Source: Patescibacteria group bacterium
GTDB lineage: Bacteria; Patescibacteriota; Microgenomatia; UBA1400; PJMF01
Direction: 5' to 3'
Length of the DNA: 64,000 nt
NCBI GenBank assembly: GCA_039934415.1
Contig: JBDTME010000001.1
Location: 442,461 to 506,460 of the forward strand
Shown: positions 37,341 through 47,083 of the stretch, piece by piece
Layout: each line of letters opens with the position of its first letter
Numbering within the stretch: position 1 is the stretch's first letter
Translations under genes and position numbers: made by a program
The notes under the pieces: generated by a model
Databases searched by the model: none
Told to the model about the DNA's origin: nothing
Seen by the model: only the letters and a program-made list of their open reading frames with translations

Positions 37341-39678
37341 CAAGACACACTCATTTGATGTCTCCGGCATGCACTGTGCCTCTTGTGCGAGTACGATTAA
37401 GCGAAGACTTGAAAAAATCGATGGCGTTGAAGAATGCACCATAAATTACGGTACAGAGAAAGCTAAAGTCGTCTTTGACCCACAGAAGGTTGGTTTACCA
37501 CAAATGAATGCTGAAATCGATAAGTTGGGATATGAACTCATGGGAGATCAGTCAACTATGCAACATGCTGATCATGACGAGATGGCTCCAAATATGGATC
37601 ACTCACTCCATGAAGGCCATGACATGATGACTCCACTCACTTCAGATCAATCTGTTAAAGAAAGAAAGTTGAAAGACCTAGCTCAACTCAAAAAACACAT
37701 TCAAATTGTCATCCCCTTTGTAGGCGTCAGTCTATTCGTTATGGCATGGGAAATTGGTGCTAATCCATTTGGCCTATGGCCAGTCATGCCGGAAGTGATC
37801 AAAACATTTTTCCATCATCTACTTCCAGTCTTTGCTACATATACCTTATTCGTGATTGGTCTGCCATACATCAAAGGAGTGCAACGATTTGTGAAATATG
37901 GCGTAGCAAACATGGATAGTTTGGTAGGAATTGGCACTTCAGTTGCTTTTTTATATAGTTTCATCTTATCTGCATTCGAAAATGTGCTTGCACCGTACAT
38001 CGATACGGGACACACCTATTACGACGTTGTGATTGTCGTGATTGGTTTTATTACTCTTGGCAAGTATTTGGAAGCACGCTCAAAATTAAAAACTGGAGAA
38101 GCAATCGAGAAGCTGCTTGGTCTACAAGCAAAGAAAGCTACAGTCTTACTTGATGGTAAGGAGATGGAAATAGCCATTGATGAAGTGATTGTAGGTGATA
38201 TCGTCATCGTCAAACCCGGCCAAAAAGTTCCGGTCGATGGTGAAATCACAGAGGGTAAGTCCTCATTAGATGAATCAATGATCACTGGAGAATCAATCCC
38301 TGTTGATAAAGTACCTGGCGATACTGTCATCGGTGCAACCATCAACAAGCAGGGTTCCTTAAAGATAAAAGCCACTAAAATTGGCAAAGATACAGTTCTA
38401 TCTCAAATTATTTCTATGGTCGAAGAAGCTCAAGGCTCGAAAGCGCCTATTGAAAAGTTAGCAGATCAAATCTCAGCTGTTTTTGTGCCAATCGTATTAG
38501 TGCTTTCTGTCGTTGTCTTTCTGACTTGGTTGCTCGTTGGTTCGCAATTCATGCCATTCTCACAAGCCTTGACCTTGGCAATTGTAAGTTTTGTTGGTGT
38601 CTTAGTCATTGCGTGTCCCTGCGCAATGGGCTTGGCAACTCCCACAGCTGTTATTGTAGGAGTAGGAAAAGCTGCACAAAATGGAATCTTAATTAAAAAT
38701 GCAGAAAGTTTGGAAAAATTCAACTCAATTGATACTGTGGTATTAGACAAAACAGGCACACTAACCAAAGGTGAACCTGAGGTAACAGATATCCAACTAG
38801 TAGGAACACTTTCTCAAACTGAAGTACTTCAACTTCTAGCTTCTTTGGAAAAACATTCTGAACATCCACTTGCCCAAGCAGTTGTTGAGCAAGCTCAAAA
38901 AGAAAAAATCTCTCTCCAACCGGTCGACGATTTTGAAATCATTGAAGGCAAAGGACTAAAAGGTTTAATTAAAAAGAGACAGTATTTTGCTGGTAATCTC
39001 AAACTGGTTGAAGACTTACACCTCAAAATTGATGAAACAGTCGTAAATACTTTTACCTCACAAGGAAAAACTCCGGTCGTGTTCATGAACGACAAAGAAG
39101 TACTGGCCTATATCGGCATTGCCGACACGATTAAGGATGATGCAAAAGAAGCGATTAAACAATTACATAAACAAGGTTTGCAAGTAGCGATGCTAACTGG
39201 CGATCATCAAAAGACAGCTGAACACATCGCTCAACAGCTAGGAATTGATCGAGTGATAGCTGAAGTGCTACCAAAAGATAAAGCCGCTGAAATCAAGAAA
39301 CTGCAAAGCGAAGGTCATACAGTTGCGATGGTCGGTGATGGCATTAATGACGCACCTGCACTTGCTACAGCCGATGTAGGAGTCGCAATGGGTACCGGTA
39401 CTGATGTAGCAATTGAATCTGCAGGGATCACATTATTGGGTGGACACATTTCAAAGCTACCCAAAGCAGTCACTTTGGCACGAGCGACGATGCGAACAAT
39501 TAAACAGAATTTGTTCTGGGCTTTTTTCTACAATGTCATCACTATTCCAGTTGCAGCAGGTTTACTCTACCCTACATTTGGAATATTACTCAACCCTGCA
39601 ATTGCTGGTGGCGCGATGGCCTTCTCCAGTGTGAGTGTAGTATTAAATGCATTACGACTCAAACGAGTTAGGTTGTAA
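37327..39678 (+). CDS. copA: copper-translocating P1B-type ATPase
   Basis: N-terminal HMA GMHCASCASTI, TM CPC motif IACPCAMGLATPTA, DKTGTLT phosphorylation site, GDGINDAP hinge and TGES actuator. Confidence 0.92.
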   Translation: MPSTNKTHSFDVSGMHCASCASTIKRRLEKIDGVEECTINYGTEKAKVVFDPQKVGLPQMNAEIDKLGYELMGDQSTMQHADHDEMAPNMDHSLHEGHDMMTPLTSDQSVKERKLKDLAQLKKHIQIVIPFVGVSLFVMAWEIGANPFGLWPVMPEVIKTFFHHLLPVFATYTLFVIGLPYIKGVQRFVKYGVANMDSLVGIGTSVAFLYSFILSAFENVLAPYIDTGHTYYDVVIVVIGFITLGKYLEARSKLKTGEAIEKLLGLQAKKATVLLDGKEMEIAIDEVIVGDIVIVKPGQKVPVDGEITEGKSSLDESMITGESIPVDKVPGDTVIGATINKQGSLKIKATKIGKDTVLSQIISMVEEAQGSKAPIEKLADQISAVFVPIVLVLSVVVFLTWLLVGSQFMPFSQALTLAIVSFVGVLVIACPCAMGLATPTAVIVGVGKAAQNGILIKNAESLEKFNSIDTVVLDKTGTLTKGEPEVTDIQLVGTLSQTEVLQLLASLEKHSEHPLAQAVVEQAQKEKISLQPVDDFEIIEGKGLKGLIKKRQYFAGNLKLVEDLHLKIDETVVNTFTSQGKTPVVFMNDKEVLAYIGIADTIKDDAKEAIKQLHKQGLQVAMLTGDHQKTAEHIAQQLGIDRVIAEVLPKDKAAEIKKLQSEGHTVAMVGDGINDAPALATADVGVAMGTGTDVAIESAGITLLGGHISKLPKAVTLARATMRTIKQNLFWAFFYNVITIPVAAGLLYPTFGILLNPAIAGGAMAFSSVSVVLNALRLKRVRL

Positions 39679-39686
39679 AGGATTTT

Positions 39687-40820
39687 ATGAATTTCTGGAT
39701 CATTTTTCTTACAGGACTCACGACAGGCGGTTTATCTTGCTTGGCAGTTCAAGGTGGTTTGCTGACGAGTATCATCGCCAACCAAAAGGACTCAGAGATC
39801 GACGAGGCAGATGTATCCAAGAAAGAACTCAAAACTAGAAAGAGAAAGAAATATCTAGCTACTCAACAATCTGTTCACAAAACAAATTTGCTTCCAGGTT
39901 CTTTTGACCAATTAGATTGGATGCCAGTTGTACTCTTTTTGTTAACAAAATTAGTCGCTCACATCATTCTCGGTTTCTTCCTGGGCTGGCTTGGCTCAAA
40001 ATTGCAGTTGAGTCTAACAGTCCGTCTGATCTTTCAAGGATTAGCTGCCTTGTTCATGTTTGGAACGGCAATGAACTTACTGGAAGTCCATCCTATCTTC
40101 CGCTATTTAGTGTTTCAGCCACCGCGGTTTATACAGCGCTGGCTTCGAAATACGAGTAAAGGAAAAGCTTTTTTTACTCCAGCAGTATTAGGACTGATGA
40201 CGATCTTTATTCCTTGCGGTGTCACCCAATCTATGGAAGTTCTTGCAATGAGTTCAGGGAATGCTTTTGTAGGGGCGCTCATTTTGGGAGTGTTTGTATT
40301 GGGAACTTCTCCTCTCTTTGCGGTGATTGGAATCGCGACTGCGAAGTTGTCAGAAACCTTTCAAACCAAATTCTTAAGGGTTGCGGCTGGTGCATTGATA
40401 CTTTTATCAGTCAGTAGCTTCAATGGCATTTTAGTTGTCTTGAACTCGCCGATAACGATCGGGAGCATTACACACCCTATTACTTACTTCTTTTCGGATG
40501 AACGATATAACACACTGAAAAATACTAGAAATTCTTCAATCGGGACAGTCAATGGAATCCAAGTAGTGAACATACTCGCAAGTAGTAATGGATACACTCC
40601 AAACAAAATCACCGTCAAGGCTGGCATACCCGTTCAACTTACTGTCCAAACCAAAGATACTTTTAGTTGTGCGAGCTCTTTTGTCTTTAAAGAGTTTAAT
40701 ATTTCTTTTCAACTTGGTCCAACTGATTCTAAAGTAGCGATGTTCACACCAAATAAACCAGGAAAATATCAATTTACTTGTGGCATGGGTATGTACAAAG
40801 GTGAGTTGGAGGTCATTTAA
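39687..40820 (+). CDS. polytopic membrane protein (TauE/DsbD_2-like) with C-terminal cupredoxin-like domain
   Basis: About 8 TM N-terminal region. C-terminal soluble domain ...FSCASSF...PGKYQFTCGMGMYKGELEV suggests a Cys/Met copper site. Operon with copA and copZ. Confidence 0.5.
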   Translation: MNFWIIFLTGLTTGGLSCLAVQGGLLTSIIANQKDSEIDEADVSKKELKTRKRKKYLATQQSVHKTNLLPGSFDQLDWMPVVLFLLTKLVAHIILGFFLGWLGSKLQLSLTVRLIFQGLAALFMFGTAMNLLEVHPIFRYLVFQPPRFIQRWLRNTSKGKAFFTPAVLGLMTIFIPCGVTQSMEVLAMSSGNAFVGALILGVFVLGTSPLFAVIGIATAKLSETFQTKFLRVAAGALILLSVSSFNGILVVLNSPITIGSITHPITYFFSDERYNTLKNTRNSSIGTVNGIQVVNILASSNGYTPNKITVKAGIPVQLTVQTKDTFSCASSFVFKEFNISFQLGPTDSKVAMFTPNKPGKYQFTCGMGMYKGELEVI

Positions 40821-40821
40821 T

Positions 40822-41082
40822 ATGTTTAATTTTTCAAAGAAGAAAGAATCACAAGGTACTCAAGTAAGTTTCAAAGTTGACGGCATGCATTGCAGTAGCT
40901 GCAGCATGAATATCGACGGCGAGCTGGAAGATACCAAAGGAGTACTAAAATCCAGTACAAGCTACGCAAAAGCGAAAACAATTATTGAATATGATCCCGC
41001 AATAGTAAATTCAAAACAACTCAAAAAAAAAATTGAATCACTAGACTATAGTGCTTCAGAGATTGAATTAGAAACTCCTTGA
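40822..41082 (+). CDS. heavy-metal-associated (HMA) domain copper chaperone, CopZ-like
   Basis: VDGMHCSSCSMNI is the GMxCxxC HMA motif. Start moved to MFNFSKKK. Confidence 0.75.
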   Translation: MFNFSKKKESQGTQVSFKVDGMHCSSCSMNIDGELEDTKGVLKSSTSYAKAKTIIEYDPAIVNSKQLKKKIESLDYSASEIELETP

Positions 41083-41228
41083 TTCTTCCATCAAAATTGT
41101 TTTAATTATCAATGAAGTTGAACATATGAAAAACTCACTCAAGAGTATCGGTGCGGTCCTTGCGAGAACTCACTCGATCATCAAAACTGTGCTAAAATCA
41201 CACATCAGTATCAATAGTCTAGTTTTCC

Positions 41229-42701
41229 GTGATGTCTATGTCAGAAAATGAAGTAATTGTCCGATTTAGCAATGTTTCTTTCAACTTTGAGTACAACAAG
41301 CCCATTTTGGATGATGTAAGTTTTTCGATGCGAAAAGGAATGAAAATGGCCTTAATGGGACAAAATGGGGCTGGCAAGAGTACAATCTTCAAATTAATGA
41401 CCAAAGCCATCCAACCAGAGAGTGGCAATATCTCGGTCGATAATTCACTGAAAGTAGCGACTGCTCATCAAGTCATTAGTTTAGAAGATCGTGAAGTTAC
41501 CATTGAAGCATTTTTTCAAAAATACTCCGGTTTGGAGGCTCATGATCTCAAACGAAAAATCAGTGATGCTCTAACTATTGTCAATCTACATGCACCACTT
41601 GAAAAAGTAGTGAGAGATTTTTCAGGAGGTCAACAAGCTCGTTTGTTGCTAGCTGCGGCGTTAATTCAGAATCCTGATTTACTCTTGCTCGATGAGCCAA
41701 CGAATAACCTTGATCCTGCTGGAATCGAACACCTCACTCATTTTCTCGTTAATTACAAAAAATCCTGTTTAGTCATTTCTCACGATGCTGATTTCTTGAA
41801 TGCATTCACCGAAGGTGTTTTTTACTTGGACACATTTACTCACAAAATTGAACAATATACAGGCAACTACTACAGCGTCGTTGAAGAAATCTCAGTGCGG
41901 ATTGAAAAAGAAAACCAACTCAACGCACGTAAAGCCAAAGGCATTCAGGAGAACAAAGAGAAAGCTAACTTTTTCGCACATAAAGGTGGCAAGATGCGTC
42001 TCGTCGCTAAAAAAATGCGTGAACGCGCGGAATTATTAGAGAGTGAAAAAGTAGATGTTCGCAAAGAAGACAAGACAATCCGCAAGTTCACTATCCCTGC
42101 TCAAAGAGACATCATGAGTCCCATAGTCAAAATTTCATCTTTCTCGGTGATGAAAAATCATCAAACAGTAACTAAGAAAACAAATATTTTTGTTGGCAAA
42201 AATGATCATTTACTCATTTCTGGACCAAACGGAATTGGCAAGAGCACACTCATTGAATCCCTAGCAACTGGCACTGCGGAAGGAGCAACCATCTCCTCTG
42301 GCGTTACCGTTGGATATTATCGACAAGATTTTTCGACATTGAACTTTGATGACACCGTTCGGGAGTCACTTGTCAAAGCACTCACTGGCTCTGGAGGTTT
42401 GACCCACGAAGAAGAACTCCGTTCAGTTGCTTCAGGATTCTTGATCAACTCTGATTTAATTAAATCAAGAATTGGAAATTTGTCAGAAGGTCAAAAAGGA
42501 TTAGTGTCTTTTGCTCGACTAGTTTTGCAAAAACCTGGCTTGCTAATTTTAGACGAACCGACAAATCACATCAACTTTCGTCATTTACCTATCATTGCTC
42601 AAGCGCTAGACAAATATGAAGGTGCCATGATCTTGGTATCACACGTTCCAGAGTTTGTTTGGCAAATTCGCATCGACCAAGAATTGGATTTGGAGAAGTA
42701 A
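41229..42701 (+). CDS. ABC-F family ATPase (two tandem ABC domains, no TM domain)
   Basis: Walker A GQNGAGKST and GPNGIGKST. Signatures LSGGQQARL and LSEGQKGLV. Walker B LLLDEPTNNLD and LILDEPTNHIN. Confidence 0.85.
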   Translation: MMSMSENEVIVRFSNVSFNFEYNKPILDDVSFSMRKGMKMALMGQNGAGKSTIFKLMTKAIQPESGNISVDNSLKVATAHQVISLEDREVTIEAFFQKYSGLEAHDLKRKISDALTIVNLHAPLEKVVRDFSGGQQARLLLAAALIQNPDLLLLDEPTNNLDPAGIEHLTHFLVNYKKSCLVISHDADFLNAFTEGVFYLDTFTHKIEQYTGNYYSVVEEISVRIEKENQLNARKAKGIQENKEKANFFAHKGGKMRLVAKKMRERAELLESEKVDVRKEDKTIRKFTIPAQRDIMSPIVKISSFSVMKNHQTVTKKTNIFVGKNDHLLISGPNGIGKSTLIESLATGTAEGATISSGVTVGYYRQDFSTLNFDDTVRESLVKALTGSGGLTHEEELRSVASGFLINSDLIKSRIGNLSEGQKGLVSFARLVLQKPGLLILDEPTNHINFRHLPIIAQALDKYEGAMILVSHVPEFVWQIRIDQELDLEK

Positions 42702-42718
42702 GCTGTTATTCTATTCTG

Positions 42719-44191
42719 ATGAGTATTCGAGGAAAAATTAGTTATCATCTTCCGTTCATCCTCCTTCTGGTCATTGCTCTTTTTCTTCGACTCAACAATC
42801 TTTCAACATTAACCACATTTGGACGAGATCAAGGCATTGATTTCTCAACCGTCAAAAAAATGATTGTTGAACGGAAACCCACTCTTATCGGTATTGAGGT
42901 TTCAATCGCGCAGTTCCACCAAGGACCTGTGTATCTCTACATGCTGGTCCCACTTTTTCTTTTATTACAATTTGACCCAATTGCAGGAGCATATACCGCT
43001 GTCCTTATATCAGTTATCACGATCGCCTTACTTTATTTTTTTACAAAAAAGTTCTTCGGTCGCAAAACCGCATTGATCAGTAGTGCTTTATTTGCAGTCT
43101 CACCAGAATTCGTCCGCGAAGGCAACACGCCACTCTATCAACATTTTTTGCCGTTGTTTTTAATCATAGCCATCTACGTATTACTTGAATTATTTAAAAC
43201 GACAGAACGAAGTAAAAAACATGGGTTGGCACTCTTCTTAGGCATAATTGTTGGCATCTGCCTAGAGATCCATTTTCTAGCGATCACTTTCGCGCTCGCC
43301 ATTTTCACACTCTTATTTTTCAAGCTCTCCAAAAATTTGAAGGTCGTGTGTTTTTATTTCCTCGGTATTTTAATTGGGGTAAGTCCGACAATATTTTTTG
43401 AACTTAAACATCAATTTTTAAATACTCATCTTTTATGGTCATATCTCACATCGGTTCATGATTCGACATCAGTTCGATCGCTTACACGTCTAACAGTACC
43501 TTGGATTGAATCCCAAACGAAATGGTTTGGGGCAGATTTGAATATTTTAGGAGTTCTTATTTTTGCATGGAATATCTATGCTTTTTTACGCATCAGACTC
43601 AAACTCTCTCACGAAAAAACACTTCGACAGTTACTACTCCACGTTACTGGATTCAGTCTTTTTTTTGAATTTGGAATCGGTGATTTTCAAGCACACTATC
43701 TACTTCCTCTTTTGGTCATAGAACTCATACTCATTCCCACCTGGATTATCCAGTTAAAATTTACTCCTCGTCTGATAAGTTATCTTGCAATGTTAATCAT
43801 AATTTGTGTCAGCTTGAACGCTGTCATGTATGCTTCTTTTGCCAATCATGGTTACTCTATGACAGATGGATGGAGTTTACGAAAAATGCAATCAATCACT
43901 GACATCATTACTAGTGATGCCCAAGATCGAGAACGCGTGAATATAGCCTCTTTAATTGATGGAGATGCTCGAACTTATCCATTGAGATATATGCTAGATG
44001 TGAGAGGCGTTCCGATTGATTCATTTGAAAATTATTCGAACAGCAAAGTCATGTACTTGGTCTCTAGAATTAATGAAAATGAAGTAAATAACTCTATGTT
44101 GTGGGAAGTTGCCTCGTTTAAACCATTTGCAATTGGACAACATTGGGAATTAGGAGATGGCATTCAACTATTCCGTTTGGAAAAAGAATAG
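42719..44191 (+). CDS. GT-C fold membrane glycosyltransferase (GT39/ArnT-like)
   Basis: Start MSIRGKISYHLPFILLLVIALFLRLNNL and about 12 TM, typical of PMT/ArnT-like proteins. Start moved to the internal ATG after the ABC-F stop region. Confidence 0.55.
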   Translation: MSIRGKISYHLPFILLLVIALFLRLNNLSTLTTFGRDQGIDFSTVKKMIVERKPTLIGIEVSIAQFHQGPVYLYMLVPLFLLLQFDPIAGAYTAVLISVITIALLYFFTKKFFGRKTALISSALFAVSPEFVREGNTPLYQHFLPLFLIIAIYVLLELFKTTERSKKHGLALFLGIIVGICLEIHFLAITFALAIFTLLFFKLSKNLKVVCFYFLGILIGVSPTIFFELKHQFLNTHLLWSYLTSVHDSTSVRSLTRLTVPWIESQTKWFGADLNILGVLIFAWNIYAFLRIRLKLSHEKTLRQLLLHVTGFSLFFEFGIGDFQAHYLLPLLVIELILIPTWIIQLKFTPRLISYLAMLIIICVSLNAVMYASFANHGYSMTDGWSLRKMQSITDIITSDAQDRERVNIASLIDGDARTYPLRYMLDVRGVPIDSFENYSNSKVMYLVSRINENEVNNSMLWEVASFKPFAIGQHWELGDGIQLFRLEKE

Positions 44192-44198
44192 CGATTAC

Positions 44199-45290
44199 TT
44201 ATCCGCCAACAATCTTTTTTAACACTGGAGTCTTCTGAATTAAGTAAGCAAGTGGAATGGTCAATGCAAAAGCCGTAATCGTTTCTATTATTAAATACAT
44301 CCACAAACTCGCCATGCTCGGACTATCAGGGGTGATCCCAAAGAATTTACTTAATACATCCATAACTAGTAAATGGTTGAGATACATTGCAAATGCTAAA
44401 CCTGCCAAAAAAACCACTGGCTTCTTGATCCAATCATAGGTTTCGAGTTTTAAAATTCCTTCACTTCGCATCAGAAGATTGAATACACTTACAGACATCA
44501 TCATGACGCTGATACTCAGATATCCATCAGCATACGTTTGACCTCCAATATAGAAGAGCTCATTCACATGATGATGAAAGAGCCAAAGCGTTACATACCC
44601 AAAAGCAACCGTTGCTATGTATCCGATAATGAACAAATAGCTGTACCATTTTTTTTCTGCTGACGATAGAAGAACAGGTTTCCGTTTGACCCAGTACCCA
44701 TATAAGTAATATCCAACCCACATCAACCAATACGTGTAAGTACTAAATACTTCACCTTCGCGTAAACTTAAATAATAAAAAATATTGGCGACCGCACCTA
44801 GTATAAAGAAAAAAGTACAAACATATTGAAGTACTAAGGTATTTTTTTCTTCGGTCAACAAGTTCCATAACGGATTGAGTAACTGGATAAAAAGTAACAC
44901 GACTAGAAAATATAAACTGGAATGCGTATTTTTACTTAAATTGTGAAAAATACCCCAATAATCAAACGGCTCTGCTCTCAGCCAAGCCATGGAGGCATAT
45001 ACTACTGTAAAAATAATATAGTACGCTACAAGTGGAACGAGCAAACGCCGAGTGACACGACTGAGATTCTGACGCACTGTCACTGATTTTCCTAAGGTCA
45101 GATACCCACTCAAAAGAATGAATAACGGTACACTTATTCGAAATAAACAATTGACCAAGAAGGTCAGCCACCATAACCCCCCACCAAAAAAATCTGGTCG
45201 TGCAGTAATAGGAATGACTAAATGAACTCCAATCACTGCTAAAATAGCAAAGGTTCTAACAAAGTCAGCTTGGAATAAATATTTTTTCAT
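44199..45290 (-). CDS. acyltransferase 3 family membrane protein
   Basis: ADFVRTFAILAVIGVHL N-terminal block and 10 TM architecture of OatA/acyltransferase_3 proteins. Confidence 0.7.
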   Translation of the reverse strand: MKKYLFQADFVRTFAILAVIGVHLVIPITARPDFFGGGLWWLTFLVNCLFRISVPLFILLSGYLTLGKSVTVRQNLSRVTRRLLVPLVAYYIIFTVVYASMAWLRAEPFDYWGIFHNLSKNTHSSLYFLVVLLFIQLLNPLWNLLTEEKNTLVLQYVCTFFFILGAVANIFYYLSLREGEVFSTYTYWLMWVGYYLYGYWVKRKPVLLSSAEKKWYSYLFIIGYIATVAFGYVTLWLFHHHVNELFYIGGQTYADGYLSISVMMMSVSVFNLLMRSEGILKLETYDWIKKPVVFLAGLAFAMYLNHLLVMDVLSKFFGITPDSPSMASLWMYLIIETITAFALTIPLAYLIQKTPVLKKIVGG

Positions 45291-45304
45291 ACTGCAAAGA
45301 ATTC

Positions 45305-47083
45305 ATGTTCACCGATATAGTACCATTAAAATCACACTGGTTGCTAAAACACATGTTTATAAAAAAAACACCAACTCTAAGAATAAAAGGACCAATACTT
45401 TGGCTACTCATGGGAAGTGTCTTGATTCTGTACTTCACAGCTCCAAGTCTTAATCCTTTCAAAAGTGGAATGTTTGGTTTTCAAGATCCGACTCAAGTGG
45501 GACGAGTGACGAGTTTCGTTGGAAACTTAAAATCTGGGCACATTCCGCCAAGATTAGCACCCGAATACTCTTTCCACCTTGGATTTCCCGTCTTTAATTT
45601 TTATGCACCGACAGCATATTGGTTGACCAGTTTAATCGCCCTAACAGGCATCTCTTCGATCACAGCTGTAAAGCTTTCCTTCCTATTTTCAATGCTCGGT
45701 GCTTACTTTGGCATGTACTTTTTACTAAGTAAACTATTTGCTTCAAAGAGAGCACTCGCCCCGCTATTGGGCGCAAGCGTCTACGTGACCTCCACATACT
45801 TTGCGACAGAAATTGTGGTGAGAGGTAATCTGGCTGAGTGTTGGTTTTTAGCTTTGTTACCGATTTGCTTAGGTTTGATCATTCATAACAGCCAATCCCA
45901 AAAAAGAAGTATTCAAATTGCTACCACCTTTTTACTCGCGTTATTATTCACTTCACACAACATGATGATGTTATTTGCGGTGCCAACTGCCGTCATCTTT
46001 CTATTATTTTTTCCAAATAAAAGAAAAAATATTCTAGCATTAGGTGTAGCATTGCTCATTGATAGTTATTTTTTGATTCCAGCTTTTCTAGAGGGCTCAC
46101 TTGTCCAAGCAACACATGTCGCCAAAGAGTATATTTACTCAACTCATTTTCTGTGCGCGTGGCAGTTGTGGACTGCAAAGGGTTGGGTGTTTGGTGGTTC
46201 AGTACCAGGATGTGAAGATCCAACAGAGATGAGTTTTAAAATTGGAAAACTACAATTCATACTAGGTACTTTGGGACTCAGTGCATTTCTCTTTAAGATT
46301 TTCCGTCAAAAAAAGATTTCCCAAAATAATCTACCATTATTGTTCATTGCGGTATTTTCTGTAGGCGCATTTTTCTTAACACTCTATCCTTCTCAATTTA
46401 TTTGGGACTTTTTCTCATCAGTCATGGCGCTCTTTCAGTTTCCCTGGAGGTTCATCGTGTTTGGGTTGTTTGGCATTGCTGTATTTGCTGGATACCTTTT
46501 TCATGCTTTTCATTTTCCATTGCAAAAAATTATTGCATTTACAATAGTGCTCTTTCTTTTTATTTCCGGTAGAAAATACTTTATTACTCCCACTATGCCA
46601 TTCGATACATATCAAACACAGTACAATTCTGATGAATATTTTTCTCAACATTTAGCGTACAAAATGCCAGAGTATTTAGTCACGATAGCCGACCTCCCCT
46701 ATTGGCGATCATTGCAATCATCAGATGAAAAAAAGGTTGATCTCAGTTTTGATCCAGCTTTACCAACCCAATCAACAACAGAGTATACCCTGATACAAAA
46801 CACACCGTTCGAAAAATCACTTTCCTTCATGGAAGCAGGTGACGCTATCATTAACATTCATTATTTTCCATTTTGGAAAATTATGGTGAATGATCAGCAA
46901 GTGTTTCCTACTCATTTTGACATGCTCGCTCGACCGATCATGAGTTTAGATGCTGGAGACAAGGTCACAATTCAGTACGAGCAAACTTCAATTGAAAAAG
47001 CGGCAGATATACTCAGTCTGATAGGTTTCATTCTCTTATTCTCAACTCCGCTTTTTCTCCCGAAAATTGATACTCGTGTATAA
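45305..47083 (+). CDS. large polytopic membrane protein, putative GT-C-like glycosyltransferase
   Basis: 592 aa, more than 10 TM segments. Located in an envelope glycosylation cluster. No precise motif. Confidence 0.4.
   Translation: MFTDIVPLKSHWLLKHMFIKKTPTLRIKGPILWLLMGSVLILYFTAPSLNPFKSGMFGFQDPTQVGRVTSFVGNLKSGHIPPRLAPEYSFHLGFPVFNFYAPTAYWLTSLIALTGISSITAVKLSFLFSMLGAYFGMYFLLSKLFASKRALAPLLGASVYVTSTYFATEIVVRGNLAECWFLALLPICLGLIIHNSQSQKRSIQIATTFLLALLFTSHNMMMLFAVPTAVIFLLFFPNKRKNILALGVALLIDSYFLIPAFLEGSLVQATHVAKEYIYSTHFLCAWQLWTAKGWVFGGSVPGCEDPTEMSFKIGKLQFILGTLGLSAFLFKIFRQKKISQNNLPLLFIAVFSVGAFFLTLYPSQFIWDFFSSVMALFQFPWRFIVFGLFGIAVFAGYLFHAFHFPLQKIIAFTIVLFLFISGRKYFITPTMPFDTYQTQYNSDEYFSQHLAYKMPEYLVTIADLPYWRSLQSSDEKKVDLSFDPALPTQSTTEYTLIQNTPFEKSLSFMEAGDAIINIHYFPFWKIMVNDQQVFPTHFDMLARPIMSLDAGDKVTIQYEQTSIEKAADILSLIGFILLFSTPLFLPKIDTRV

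Noticed and set aside
39647-39838. 63-aa ORF overlapping the copA end and the TauE-like gene start
   Set aside because: Out-of-frame overlap with two strongly supported CDSs.
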